DNA from: Macrostomum lignano
Lineage: Eukaryota
Assembly: GCA_002269645.1 (NCBI GenBank)
Contig: NIVC01000553.1
Coordinates: forward strand, 156,554 to 220,553
Direction of reading: 5' to 3'
DNA: 64,000 bases
Below the pieces are notes generated by a model. That model did no database searches. It was not told the origin of the DNA and saw only the letters and a list, made by a program, of their open reading frames with translations. Of this stretch, positions 12,801-26,490 are shown piece by piece (position 1 is the first letter of the stretch; the number at the start of each line of letters is the position of its first letter). The position numbers and the translations under genes were made by a program.

Positions 12801-13239
12801 TCGGTGTGACGTGTTTTACGAGTTAGAATGGCCTCCTATAATCTTTGGTTCGAACTAGTTATTCCTATCAGCTAGTGTGTCAATGCATTGTTTAGCCTTA
12901 AAATTTTCTTTTTATCCTCTGTGGCCTTGAGATATCATTTTATGGTTCAATTTTTAGTGATAAATTTTACGAATGAAAATGCTCTACCACTCCGTCCAAT
13001 AGTACAATAGTTATCTTGTTCTTTGCTTTGCTTGTATGCCTTTATAATTTAAATGATTGTTATTTGCATGTGTATAGCATACTGTATACGTACACATATT
13101 TCTGCTGATGTTTCTTGTAGATGCTGTGCATTCATTGAACTTTTGTAACTGTTTTAATTCCCTGTAATTTGTTTTCCTTTGTAACTTGTAGCTAGAAATA
13201 AAAGTACAATATAGTACAGAAGTTCTTTCAAAAGTTCAG

Positions 13240-13372
13240 AAGTGACTATTCCAATTCAGTCATTCGCCATTATGACCATTCCAATTCAGTCATTAGCCAT
13301 TATGACCACTCAGATTCAGTCATTCGCCATTATGACCACTCCAATTCAATCATTCGTCATTATGACCATTCC
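13240..13372. repeat. 30-bp minisatellite (~4 copies) upstream of FAXDC2
   Basis: Unit gtcattcgccattatgaccactccaattca. Confidence 0.88.
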
Positions 13373-13451
13373 TAAAAATTATCATTTTTAATTAGTCATT
13401 AACTCTTATAATATATATGCGTAATTGCTTCCAGCTCACGTCTCTGTTGCC

Positions 13452-15189
13452 ATGGAAACTGCTCGTCAAAAAGCCGTTGCTATGGTACCGCCGCGACGCC
13501 AATGGATAGACTCGGCCAAGAAGACGGCCTTCGTACTTGGCACCTCTCTAATCGTATTCGTGGCGGCTAGGAACACCGCCACGGATTTGTTGCAGCGCTT
13601 CTGGGGCGCGTCCGGTAACTATTGGCAACAGGCATTCGATTGGACCTACGCAGCGTTCGGATCCGACGATCGTTGCGCTTGGCTGTTCGGGACTTTAGCC
13701 ATCACTGGCGTGGTCTACTGGGCCTTCAATCTGTTCCTCATGCTTCTGGACGTTTTTAATTGGCCGCAATTTCTATTGAAGTACAAAGTCCAACCGGATA
13801 AGAACGCCCCTATTGATAAGCGAATGCTGGCTAAAGCTGTAGCCACTGTTCTCTTCAACGAGTTTGTTGTAGCCCCTCCGTTTATGCTGCTAATGTTTGC
13901 TCTGTACAGTTGGCGGGGTGTCGCATTTAGCGGCGAATTGCCAACGTTTCAATGGGTTATCTTGGAGATTGCCGTGTTCTCTCTGACCGAGGAGGTGTTC
14001 TTTTATTATTCGCATCGGATGCTGCATCATCCTAGAATTTATCGGTGAGATTTTTCTCTTATATTGTCGCCAATTGTATTTAAATGTATTCAAGTAAGTA
14101 GCTTCTTTGAGTTCTTTGAGCTAGACAAGCTTAAATGTACATTGGCTAGTCAAGCTTAAATGTACATTGAATAATCCAGCTTGAATGTACATTAGCTAGT
14201 CAAGCTTGAATGTACATTGGCTAGTCAAGCTTGAATGTACATTGACTAGTCAAGCTTAAATTTACATTGGCTAGTCAAGCTTAAATGTACATTAAATAGT
14301 CAAGCTTAAATGTACATTAAATAGTCAAGCTTGAATGTACATTGGCTAGTCAAGCTTGAATGTACATTAGCTAGTCAAGCTTGAATGTACATTGACTAGT
14401 CAAGCTTAAATGTACATTGGCTAGTCAAGCTTGAATGTACATTGACTAGTCAAGCTTGAATGTATTGTACATTAACTAGTCAAGTTTAAATTTACATTGG
14501 CTAGTCAAGCTTCAATGTACATTGACTAGTCAAGCTTCAATGTACATTGGCTAGTCAAGCTTCAATGTACATTGGCTAGTCAAGCTTTGGCTACATCGCT
14601 TAGCCTAGCCTAAACGTACATTATCTGTTAACTTTATTATCAAGTTGCCAGAAAAAATGACCGGCTTACGAACTATATCCCTCTCCTACCTGTCAACCAA
14701 CCACCCAATCAAAACACCAGCTACGTGCACAAGATCCACCACGAATGGACGGCTCCGATCGGCATAATCTCGTTGTACGCTCACCCAATTGAGCACGTGC
14801 TATCCAACCTACTGCCGCCGTGCATGGGACCTCTGATCATGGGCTCGCATCTGGGCACCATCTGGCTCTGGTTCTGCCTAGCCTTAGTATCGACCTCTAT
14901 CTCTCACTGCGGCTATCACTTCCCTCTGCTGCCGTCGCCTGAGGCGCACGACTTTCATCATCTAAAATTTGTTAACAATTTCGGTGTGCTGGGCATTTTG
15001 GACAGTCTGCACGGCACGGATCGGCTGTTCAGGGCTAGCCGAGCCTATCAGCGGCACTTCCTGCTGCTTAGTCTGGTGCCTGTGAGGGAACTGTATCCCG
15101 ACGGGGACAAGGCGATGAAGAAGGAGAAGCTGAACGAAACGGATGCTGGGAAAGCCGGACTCGAAGATTCTTCCGGTGGAGAAGATTGA
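13452..15189 (+). CDS. FAXDC2: Fatty acid hydroxylase domain-containing protein 2 (sterol desaturase family); exons 13452-14044, 14721-15189
   Basis: The phase-2 GT-AG intron gives [41 protein letters not shown]...HCGYHFP...EAHDFHHLKF. His boxes and the WGASGNYWQ motif match FAXDC2/C5orf4. Confidence 0.92.
14120..14590. repeat. 25-bp minisatellite filling the FAXDC2 intron
   Basis: Unit ctagtcaagcttgaatgtacattgg, containing the palindromes CTAG, AAGCTT and TGTACA. Confidence 0.95.
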
Positions 15190-15234
15190 AAGAAATACTC
15201 ATTATTGTGTTATTCAGATTCAGTTCAAGTAACG

Positions 15235-15850
15235 GCTGATCAACTGATTGACAGATAGATTAGGTGATTGATTGACAGGCTGATTAGGTGATTGATTGAC
15301 AGGTAGATTGGGTGATTAGTTGAAATTTGGATTGTGGGATTGATTGACAGGTAGATTAGGTGATTGATTGACAGTTAAATTAGGTGATTGATCGACAGGT
15401 AGATTAGCTGATTGATTGACAGATAGATTTGGTGATTAATTGACAGGTAGATTAGGTGATTAGTTGACAGTTGGATTGTGGGATTGATTGACAGGTAGAT
15501 TAGATGATTGATTGACAGGTGTATTGTGTGATTGATTGACAGTTGGATTAGGTGATTGATTGACAGGTGGATTCCGTGATTGATTTACGTCGATTAGGTA
15601 ATTGATTTACAAGTAGATTAGGTTATTGATTGACAGGTAGATTAGGTTATTGATTGACAGGTAGATTGGGTTATTGATTGACAGGTAGATTGGGTTATTG
15701 ATTGACAGGTAGATTGGGTTATTGATTGACAGGTAGATTGGGTTATTGATTGACAGATATATTAAGTAATTGATTGACAGGTAGATTAGGTAATTGATTG
15801 ACAGGTAGATTAGGTAATTGATTGACAGGTTGATTACGTGAATGATTGAT
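15235..15850. repeat. 24-bp minisatellite 3' of FAXDC2
   Basis: Unit attgattgacaggtagattaggtg and variants. Confidence 0.9.
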
Positions 15851-16529
15851 AGAAATAACATTAACTATTTCTTTAATATTGTCGTTTTACTTTTTCCTGT
15901 TATCTTTCGCAGGCAACAAACAAACAAACAAATTTTGCACCTTTGTAATTCTCAACTAAGGAAGTCTCTTGTTTTGAAGTTTTTGATAATCTTTGCTATT
16001 GCAACAAAGCTTTAGCAAGAACACCTGCAGACAGCTTGATTAGTATTACTTCTTCGAGTACAGCTTTAAAGTTTTCTTAAACTTGATTTTGTTTTCTCAT
16101 TATTCACTGTTAAAATGAGTTCATTACTCAATAATTGTTAATAATATGTTGTTGGTGGTCTAGATTTTCTTTAGATTTTTTATTTAGGTAAACGGTTTTA
16201 GCAATGCTTTTAGCAATATACAGCCTTGTAGGTTCGGCTTTCAGTTTTGAAAAATAATCTATTAAATTTTTTGTTTTAATAATATAGTAACGAAATAGTT
16301 AATGTTTGCTTTAACTACTGTTGGTAAACAATGTTTCAGTAAATATATCAGTTTTTCGCTACACAATTTTACAATAGTCTTGAGTATTTTTTCTTTTTAA
16401 GAAAGCCTAGATGTTGACAGCTTTTGTTAAAATCTAATTAGTTACAATATTTAAATTTAAACTTCTCTATTTTTCAAAAATAATGCATGCAAGTAAACTT
16501 TAAAGTTGAAATATTTTGCCGACACAATC

Positions 16530-19500
16530 ATGTTTCAACCGGCGTCCACCTCGACGTCCGCAATGTCGAAAGAGGACAAATTGAAGAAGCTGCGGGAGCT
16601 GACGGCTAAGAGGGTGAGCTGGTCTAATTATTATTGTTTATTATATGTTTTATTAGTAATTCACTGCTACTGTTCACAAAGTCTGTTCCCGAACCTTCAG
16701 GAGTGTGTTCCTAAAACTTCAGGCTGTGGGTTCCCAAACCTTTAGACTGTGTGTTCCCGAACCTTCAGACTGTGTGTTCCCTGTGTGTAACCTTTAGACT
16801 GTGTGTTCCCAAACCTTTAGACTGTGTGTTCCCAAACCTTTAGACTGTGTGTTCCCAAACCTTTAGACTGTGTGTTCCCAAACCTTTAGACTGTGTGTTC
16901 CCAAACCTTTAGACTGTGTGTTCCCAAACCTTCAGGCTGTGGGTTCCCAAACCTTTAGACTGTGTGTTCCCAAACCTTTAGACTGTGTGTTCCCAAACCT
17001 TCAGGCTGTGGGTTCCCAAACCTTTAGACTGTGTGTTCCCAAACCTTCAGGCTGTGGGTTCCCAAACCTTTAGACTGTGTGTTCCCAAACCTTCAGGCTG
17101 TGGGTTCCCAAACCTTTAGACTGTGGGTTCCCAAACCTTCAGACTGTGTGTTCCCTGTGTGTAACCTTCAGACTGTGTGTTCCCAAACCTTCAGACTGTG
17201 TGTTCCCAAACCTTCAGGCTGTGGGTTCCCAAACCTTTAGACTGTGTGTTCCCAAACCTTCAGACTGTGTGTTCCCAAACCTTCAGGCTGTGGGTTCCCA
17301 AACCTTTAGACTGTGTGTTCCCAAACCTTCAGGCTGTGGGTTCCCAAACCTTTAGACTGTGTGTTCCCGAACCTTCAGACTGTGTGTTCCCTGTGTGTAA
17401 CCTTCAGACTGTGTGTTCCCAAACCTTCAGACTGTGTGTTCCCAAACCTTTAGACTGTGTGTTCCCAAACCTTCAGGCTGTGGGTTCCCAAACCTTTAGA
17501 CTGTGTTCCCTAACCTTCAGACTGTATCTGAGTATCTCTAATCTTCAAGTGGTATTTTTTTAGCTTGGACTTGTAAAAATTTCGCAAACTAATATTTTCA
17601 TTTCAAAAACTCCCTCACCATGCTTATTCAGCAAGACGCCTGCAAGCAAAACCACCAGGAGGTGGTGGCGGAGGACAAGCGCAGAGCCCTGCCGACCAAC
17701 TGGGAGCACAAAAGGCGTCGACTTGAATGGGAAGAAAAAGACGACCAGTTTAAACAGGTTTGTCCTATTGATCTGCTTTGCTGAGTTGGGATTAGCTAGT
17801 TTCAGTAGAGTAGATAACATTTGGGATCAGCTACTTTAAGTAGAGTAGATAACATTTGGGATCAGCTGCTTTAAGTAGAGTCAATAACATTTGGGATCAG
17901 CTACTTTAAGTAGAGTAGATAACATTTGGGATCAGCTGCTTTAAGTAGAGTCAATAACATTTGGGATCAGCTACTTTAAGTATAATCAATAACATTTGGG
18001 ATCAGCTACTTTAAGTAGAGTCAATAACATTTGGGATCAGCTACTTTAAGTAGAGTCAATAACATTTGGGATCAGCTACTTTAAGTAGAGTCAATAACAT
18101 TTGGGATCAGCTACTTTAAGTAGAGTCAATAACATTTGGGATCAGCTACTTTAAGTATAATCAATAACATTTGGGATCAGCTACTTTAAGTAGAGTCAAT
18201 AACATTTGGGATCAGCTACTTTAAGTAGAGTAGATAACATTTGGGATCAGCTACTTTAAGTAGAGTCAATAACATTTGGGATCAGCTACTTTAAGTAGAG
18301 TAGATAACATTTGGGATCAGCTGCTTTAAGTAGAATCAATAACATTTGGGATCAGCTACTTTAAGTAGAGTCAATAACATTTGGGATCAGCTACTTTAAG
18401 TAGAGTCAATAACATTTGGGATCAGCTACTTTAAGTAGAGTCAATAACATTTGGGATCAGCTACTTTAAGTAGAGTAGATAACATTTGGGATCAGCTACT
18501 TTAAGTAGAATCAATAACATTTGGGATCAGCTACTTTAAGTAGAGTAGATAACATTTGGGATCAGCTACTTTAAGTAGAGTCAATAACATTTGGGATCAG
18601 CTACTTTAAGTAGAGTAAATAACATTTGGGATCAGCTACTTTAAGTAGAGTAAATAACATTTGGGATCAGCTACTTTAAGTAGAGTCAATAACATTTGGG
18701 ATCAGCTACTTTAAGTAGAGTAAATAACATTTGGGATCAGCTACTTTAAGTAGAGTAAATAACATTTGGGATCAGCTACTTTAAGTAGAGTAAATAACAT
18801 TTGGGATCAGCTACTTTAAGTAGAGTAAATAACATTTGGGATCAGCTACTTTAAGTAGAGTAAATAACATTTGGGATCAGCTACTTTAAGTAGAATCAAT
18901 AACATTTGGGATCAGCTACTTTAAGTAGAGTCAATAACATTTGGGATCAGCTACTTTAAGTAGAGTAAATAACATTTGGGATCAGCTACTTTAAGTAGAG
19001 TAAATAACATTTGGTATCAGCTACTTTAAGTAGAGTAAATAACATTTGGGATCAGCTACTTTAAGTAGAGTAAATACTTACTAATACTTAAATACCGGAC
19101 TGTCGAGATATTCAACAATAGCCATGAAATTTACTAAGAAGAAGCTGCCTATTGAAGGATGTCAATAGCTTCTGGATGTCTTGTACAGAGAGAGCTGAGG
19201 GCTTGATTTTTAGTATAGTGATGAATTTATTTAGAAACCTTAACGCTTATTTCAACATTACTTTCATTATTATATTCATACTTATATTGAATAATGTCGA
19301 AGCATATATTATAGTTGCTAAGCAATAAAGGGCTTTTCGATTTTTCAAATTAGAGTATGCTTGGGCTGGCCTCGTTAGAGCTCTGCACTTCGGTCTCTCT
19401 TTTCGTCATGTTGTCGTCAGCAGTCGCGGAAATGCATTTATGTATTTCATATTGAGCTTGTGGCGAGCTGCCAGCATTACTTGATAAACTGATTGTCGCT

Positions 19501-19875
19501 TCTTCGCTTACACTCCTCCTCCACGGAGCACTTTTTTATCAGTTTGCATCAGTTCTGTTTAAGCGCTTGGTACACATTAATGTATGTAGATTTTTTTTCG
19601 AATGTATCGTATCTGTGCGGTCATGGAGCAGTTCAGCGGTGAATGCGTCTGATTCTCGACCTTTTGGTTCGATTCTTGGCCCAGGGGGTTATCGTGCGAT
19701 TCAACCCTGAGGGCCAACCCCCAAGGCACTGAGAGTGTGTACATGCCAGACGATTGGAAAGGCAGGGGTCGCTGTACACCCTTACAAATGGATAGATTAA
19801 TCTATATATTGATAAATAAATAGACAGATGGATAGCTAGATACTGTAGATATATAGTTAGATAGATAGAAAGATG

Positions 19876-19939
<64 letters not shown>

Positions 19940-19944
19940 GATAA

Positions 19945-19981
<37 letters not shown>

Positions 19982-20589
19982 CAGATGGATAGTTAGATAG
20001 ACAGACAGATGGATAGATAGACAGTTTAAGGCTTATTTGACCCTACAAGACAGCCTCTCACAGTACAGTAGGAACTCAAAAAGCCAACTATTCCCATCGC
20101 CAATTCCAGGACTGCGAGTCCAAAGGCCATGACCATCGCCGGATGCGCCTCTTGGAGGTCGGCGCCGAGACGGCGGACAAGCTGGACACGCGCCGACGCC
20201 GCAAGGCCAACCCGGACACCGGCTTCGCCACCTTCGAGGCGGCCAGCAGCCGCAAGTACCAGACCCTGTGCCGGCAGCTCAAGCCGGACATGCGGGCCTA
20301 CGCCGAGGAGAAAGCTCGCATGGGCGAGGATCGCTTTTATCCCACTTCGTCTACTCTGGGCGTAGCCGATCGCAAAGACGATCCTCAGGCCGTGGAGCGC
20401 ATGTCTCAGGATGTGAAGCAGCAGGTTGAAAAGCGCAAGAAATACTCGCGCAGGCGCGCCTTCGACGAGGACGCCGATGTGGATTACATTAACGACCAGA
20501 ATATGCGCTACAATCGCAAGCTGGAGCGGGCGTTCGGACATTACACGGCCGAGATCAAGCAGAATCTGGAGAGGGGTACCGCCATCTGA
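16530..20589 (+). CDS. SYF2: Pre-mRNA splicing factor SYF2; exons 16530-16613, 17632-17757, 20110-20589
   Basis: Two phase-0 GT-AG introns. NHQEVVAEDKR..LPTNWEHK..RLEWE, NPDTGF..F and KYSRRR.FDEDADVDYINDQN.RYNRKLER.FG.YTAEIKQNLERGTAI are diagnostic SYF2 motifs. Confidence 0.93.
16680..17525. repeat. 23-bp minisatellite, SYF2 intron 1
   Basis: Unit ttcccaaacctt(t/c)ag(a/g)ctgtg(t/g)g. Confidence 0.95.
17812..19075. repeat. 35-bp minisatellite (~36 copies), SYF2 intron 2
   Basis: Unit aataacatttgggatcagctactttaagtagagt(c/a). Confidence 0.95.
19800..20022. repeat. (GATA)n/(GACA)n microsatellite, SYF2 intron 2
   Basis: agatagatagat... tract. Confidence 0.95.
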
Positions 20590-20654
20590 AGTTGCTGCTG
20601 GCCGACTGACTGTTACTGACTGATCTTTGCTTTTATGTGTCTGTATTAGAGGCC

Positions 20655-21295
20655 GTATGGGTCATTGGCGTCATATTGGTGTCAAGTGCTGGTTCTAGGG
20701 TCATGACCTCAATTAGATTAGAGGTCATATTGGTCATTGGCGTCATATTGGTGTCAAGTGCTAGATCTAGGGTCATGACCTCAATTAGATTAGATTAGAG
20801 GTCATATTGGTCATTGGCGTCATATTGGTGTCAAGTACTAGATCTAGGGTCATGACCTCAATAAGATTAGAGGTCATAGTGGTCATTGGCGTCATATTGG
20901 TGTCAAGTGCTGGATCTGGGGTCATTGGCGTCATATTGGTGTCAAGTACTAGATCTAGGGTCATGACCTCAATTAGATTAGAGGTCATATTGGTCATTGG
21001 CGTCATACTGGTGTCAAGTGCTAGATCTAGGGTCATGACCTCAATTAGATTATAGGTCATAGTGATCATTGGCGTCATATTGGTGTCAAGTGCTAGATCT
21101 AGGGTCATTGGCGTCATATTGGTGTCAAGTGCTGGATCTAGGGTCATGACCTCAATTAGATTAGAGGTCATATTGGTCATTGGCGTCATATTGGTGTCAA
21201 TTGCTGGATCTAGGGTCATGACCTCAATTAGATTAGAGGCCATATGGGTCATTGGCGTCATATTGGTGTCAAGTACTAGATCTAGGGTCATGACG
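20655..21295. repeat. 72-bp composite minisatellite 3' of SYF2
   Basis: Unit ggtcattggcgtcatattggtgtcaagtgctagatctagggtcatgacctcaattagattagaggtcatatt, with shorter dropout units. Confidence 0.9.
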
Positions 21296-21779
21296 TCATA
21301 TAAAGTGAGTCATGCGATATAGCTATCGGATGACCTATACAGTTTCACTCTATCATGTACATATATGTATTCTCCGCAAATTAAATACATTAATAATAAA
21401 TTCACTAATCAATATACTATGCAGTCTTGTATATGTACCGTTAAGGTTATTCGCCCTCAAATTTCAGCCAGAGAAAAGTTTTTGTTTATACGCAAGTATT
21501 TTTTGAGTTTATTCATTTTCTGCTTTGGTAGTCTGCACTAAGCGAGAAATCTGTCAGACCGTTGTGTTTTGAAAGCGGAGCATCAATGATTCACAAGATT
21601 TGCCAGCTACCACCGTGTCCAAAGTCTTCTAGCAATTAGATTCTATTCTAGCAATTAGATCTGAATCTTTTTATACTGGTAGATTAACAAGACAAAATAG
21701 GTTTTAAGATGGCTTGGATTTTAGGCTGCCGTGTTATCCAGCAGCTTCTTGAATACCGAAGGGCCCCTTAGCAACGGCT

Positions 21780-22560
21780 TATTATAATCTTCCTTTAAGA
21801 GCGGTTTCTTAGAATGACACCGTAGAAACGGTTTCTTAGAATGGCCCCTTTGCACCCGTTTCTTAGAATCGCTCCTTAGGAAGGTTTCTTAGAATGGCTC
21901 CTTAGCAACGGTTTCTTAGAAGGGCTCCTTAGCACCGGTTTCTTAGAAGGGCTCCTTAGCACCGGTTTCTTAGAATGGCTCCTTATCAACGGTTTCTTAG
22001 AATGGCTCCTTAGCACTGGTTTCTTAGAAGGGCTCCTTAGCACCGGTTTCTTAGAATGGCTCCTTATCAAGGTTTCTTAGAATCGCTCCTTAGGAAGGTT
22101 TCTTAGAATGGCTCCTTAGCAACGGTTTCTTAGAATGGCTCCTTAGCAACGGTTTCTTAGAATGGCCCCTTAGCACCGGTTTCTTAGAATCGCTCCTTAG
22201 GAAGGTTTCTTAGAATGGCTCCTTAGGAATGGTTTCTTAGAATGGCCCCTTAGCACCGGTTTCTTAGAATCGCTCCTTAGGAAGGTTTCTTAGAATGGCT
22301 CCTTAGCACCGGTTTCTTAGAATGACTCCTTAGCAACGGTTTCTTAGAATCGCTCCTTAGGAAGGTTTCTTAGAATGGCTCCTTAGGAATGGTTTCTTAC
22401 AAAGGCTCCTTAGCAATGGTTTCTTAGAATGACCCTTAGCACCGGTTTCTTAGAAGGGCTCCTTAGCACCGGTTTCTTAGAAGGGCTCCTTAGCACCGGT
22501 TTTTTAGAATCGCTCCTTAGGAAGGTTTATTAGAATGGCTCCTTAGGAATGGTTTCTTAC
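21780..22560. repeat. 27-bp minisatellite
   Basis: Unit ggtttcttagaatggctccttagcacc and variants. Confidence 0.93.
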
Positions 22561-23379
22561 AATGACAATTTTAGAAGCGATTGGTTTTTCAGATTCTAGT
22601 AATCCTGAATAGTTTTAGCTTTGCAATTGAAATCACATTGAATACCAAGTAGTTACTATAGCATTATATGCGATGTCATCTAGTTGCAGTATATAATTAT
22701 TAATCTGTACACGCAGTCTGTGGACTCTTTGGAATTCATCGTAATTATAGCTCAATTATCTGATAGGCCATGACTCTGCAAAACTTATAATTACCCCTGA
22801 CAAATGCCTTGCAGCCGATTCAGTTTAGTCCTGTAGCCATTTCTCTCTGACTAAAGTCTAGAAAAAAATTTTTGCTACAGCTGCGTCTATAGGGAACATA
22901 AAAATCAATAATATCTTAGCTGGAGGGTAGAGCTGATGCTGTTAGAGGTGAGTTAGCACAGGAGTACGGGGTGCAGCTCTGGCTGTACATTATTTGACAG
23001 CTCCACCAGCCTCCATGTAGCAAGGCTCCGTCCGTAATGTGTTGCATTTGTCTACTGGGTTAATTATTTAACACAGCTAGCTGTAGCACCCGCCGTACAG
23101 GCGTTGTGTCCTGTAAAACAGATGTTGAGAAATTTATGCCTGCATGTGTGTGAGGCGGCTGTGTTCCTATGCTAGTGAGTAAATGAACCTCTGCAGTTTG
23201 ATTGAGTGTGTGGGATTATAGTTGAATGTATTAGAGTACTTTTGTTATAGTCAACTCTTAGTCTGCAGAGCTGCTTGTAAAATAATTCAATGGAAACAGC
23301 AAAAATCAAAAACTAATGACGAGGGATTAAAGGGTGATTAAAGAGAGGTGGAAGGCGACGTTAAAAGGAAAGATAAGTA

Positions 23380-23792
23380 AAAGGGAGAGGGGAGATAAGG
23401 AACTGAAGCGAGAGGGAGATAAGGAATTGAAGCGAGAGGGAGATAAGGAACTGAAGCGAGAGGGAGATAAGGAACTGAAGTGAGAGGGACATAAGGAATT
23501 GAAGCGAGAGGGAGATAAGGAATTGAAGCGAGAGGGAGATAAGGAATTGAAGCGAGAGGGAGATAAGGAACTGAAGTGAGAGGGACATAAGGAATTGAAG
23601 CGAGAGGGAGATAAGGAACTGAAGCGAGAGGGAGATAAGGAATTGAAAGGAGAGGGAGATAAGGAATTGAAAGGAGAGGGAGATAAGGAATTGAAAGGAG
23701 AGGGAGATAAGGAATTGAAAGGAGAGGGAGATAAGGAATTGAAAGGAGAGGGAGATAAGGAATTGAAAGGAGAGGGAGATAAGGAATTGAAG
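23380..23792. repeat. 21-bp purine-rich minisatellite
   Basis: Unit gagagggagataaggaa(t/c)tgaa(g/a)(c/g). Confidence 0.93.
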
Positions 23793-24439
23793 AGCAGCGA
23801 TGAGAAATGGGATTGGCATCAGTGTGAGATAAGAACACGGGAAGGCTAGCCAAGACACTAGGTAGGCAGATAGGCAGGTCCATTGGAGACTCAAATTGAT
23901 TGGAGAGGGAGAGCACGGAATCTTTGAAGTGTAGTCTTTAAACTACTTACTATTATTATTATTAACTACAGACGCAGTGCAGGCCTCGGGTGGGGGGGAC
24001 GTAGAGACGGGGTCAAGTGACTTTAAAGACTGGAGTTTTTTCATCAATCCACTGTCGCACTTTGAGCCCGCTAAAGCGTATACTGCCAGCTTTACTCCCT
24101 ATACGAGTTCCCCATCCAGTGAAGGAGATCGTTAATTTGATTGATCTTCTCCCAGTTCCACTCGGCCAGGCCTCCGCCCCGTTCTTTTTCCCCGAGATGT
24201 GGGCTGGATTGGTTTAGGCTGCTTAGGGGATATAAGAGGATATGAAATAGGAATTCTGGGAATTGAAAAAAAGATATCCATGGGATTGAAGTAAGTCGCT
24301 TCGCCTATTCTTTGGCTGGGGGATTAGTCTGCTGCAACGGTGCCACCCGCTTCGAACTGTTGCTAGGGCCAGTTGGAGATTTGGGCGCTGCGCCTGAACC
24401 GCTGCCTGTGGGTTTGGGTCCAACTGCGTCTGTCCGTCG

Positions 24440-24486
24440 GTCTGTCTGTCTGTCTGTCTCAATCTGTCTGCCCGTCCGTCTGTCTG

Positions 24487-24557
<71 letters not shown>

Positions 24558-24614
24558 GTCTGTCTGTCTGTCTGTCTGTGTGTCTTTCTGTCTGTCTGTC
24601 TGTCTCTGTCTGTC

Positions 24615-24695
<81 letters not shown>

Positions 24696-24745
24696 GTCTG
24701 TCTGTCTGTCTGTCTGTGTGTCTGTCTGTCTGTCTGTCTCTGTCA
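24440..24745. repeat. (TCTG)n microsatellite
   Basis: Direct reading of the sequence. Confidence 0.97.
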
Positions 24746-25424
24746 ATCTGTTTGCATGTGTCTGTCCGTCCCTCCACCCTCTGAGTATCTAGCATCCGCA
24801 TTAGCCCTAGATGCGATTCGGCTCACATCTTTGCAGAGCTCCATTAGCATTTCTGCTTCTAGCAAAAGCTGACTGAATACTTTCTAGAACAGACAGAAAA
24901 TTCAATGCAAGCTTTGCAGATTTTCCCCGCCTAATGCATCAGGTTTTTTTTCTTTTCGTCTGTTTAAAGGATACAATGCTTGAACTGAGTTATTTTTTTT
25001 TATTCCGGGACTGAGTGCTGCTCTAGATTAGTTAGCGCAGCTAGAAAATCCGCGATTTTGATTGACAGTTGAATCTGGTAATGCTGAAGATAATGAAAAC
25101 AGTTTTCTTTCGAGCAATTCCATCATCGCACGACTTAAGTGAGAACTTCGGTTCAAAAATTAGCTAATAAAATTTTGTTTTAAAAAGCAACACATTATAA
25201 CAGCATGATTTCATTACTGTATAATCTAGAATGAGACTGCCATGCAGAGCGCTTGCACAATATAATTTACAATCTATGAAAAAATGCTGTCAAATAAGGG
25301 CGATTCTATCAAAGGTATTTTATTACGGTGCAATGAATCACTGCTTTTAATATACTAGTTCGGATTAGCACTAATTATCGCATTTCACTGCAGGAATGCA
25401 TATGGGATCTGATAAAGTTAAACT

Positions 25425-26490
25425 ACTCAGTTGGGATATTTGGTGTTTGAGGATATTTGGGAGCCTTTAATTAGTTGGACAATACTCAACTGGGATATTT
25501 GGGGATCTCTAATTAGTTCGACTATACTCAATTGGGATATTTTAAGATCTAATTGGTTGGACTATACTCAACTGGGATATTTGGGGATCTCTTTAATTAG
25601 TTGGACAATACTCAACTGGGATATTTGGGGATCTCTAATTGGTTAGTCTATAGTCAACTGGGTTATTTGGGGATCTCTAATTGGTTTGACTATACTCAAC
25701 TGGGATATTTGAGGATCTCTAATTGGTTTGACTATACTCAACTGGGATATTTGAGGATCTCTAATTGGTTTGACTATACTCAACTGGGATATTTGAGGAT
25801 CTCTAATTGGTTTGACTATACTCAACTGGGATATTTGGGGATCTCTAATTAGTTGGCCTATACTCAACTAGGACATTTGAGGATCTCTAATTAGTTGGCC
25901 TATACTCAACTGGGATATTTGGGGATCTCTAATTAGTTGGCCTATACTCAACTGGGATATTTGAGGATCTCTAATTAGTTGGCCTATACTCAACTGGGAT
26001 ATTTGAGGATCTCTAATTAGTTGGCCTATACTCAACTGGGATATTTGGGGATCTCTAATTAGTTGGCCTATACTCAACTGGGATATTTGGGGATCTCTAA
26101 TTAGTTGGCCTATACTCAACTGGGATATTTGAGGATCTCTAATTAGTTGGCCTATACTCAACTGGGATATTTGGGGATCTCTAATTAGTTGGCCTATACT
26201 CAACTGGGATATTTGGGGATCTCTAATTAGTTGGCCTATACTCAACTGGGATATTTGGGGATCTCTAATTAGTTGGCCTATACTCAACTGGGATACTTGG
26301 GGATCTCTAATTAGTTGGCCTATACTCAACTGGGATATTTGGGGATCTCTAATTAGTTGGCCTATACTCAACTGGGATATTTGGGGATCTCTAATTAGTT
26401 GGCCTATACTCAACTGGGATATTTGGGGATCTCTAATTAGTTGGCCTATACTCAACTGGGATATTTGGGGATCTCTAATTAGTTGGACTA
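25425..26490. repeat. 42-bp minisatellite (~25 copies)
   Basis: Unit tatactcaactgggatatttggggatctctaattagttggcc; degenerate at left, homogeneous at right. Confidence 0.95.

Noticed and set aside
19090-19790. Unique segment in SYF2 intron 2 as an extra exon or nested gene
   Set aside because: The SYF2 protein is complete without it and the frames I examined are stop-interrupted; probably old TE debris.
6392-26490. Tandem arrays as CRISPR loci
   Set aside because: Units are contiguous with no unique spacers, there are no cas genes, and the context is eukaryotic spliced genes.
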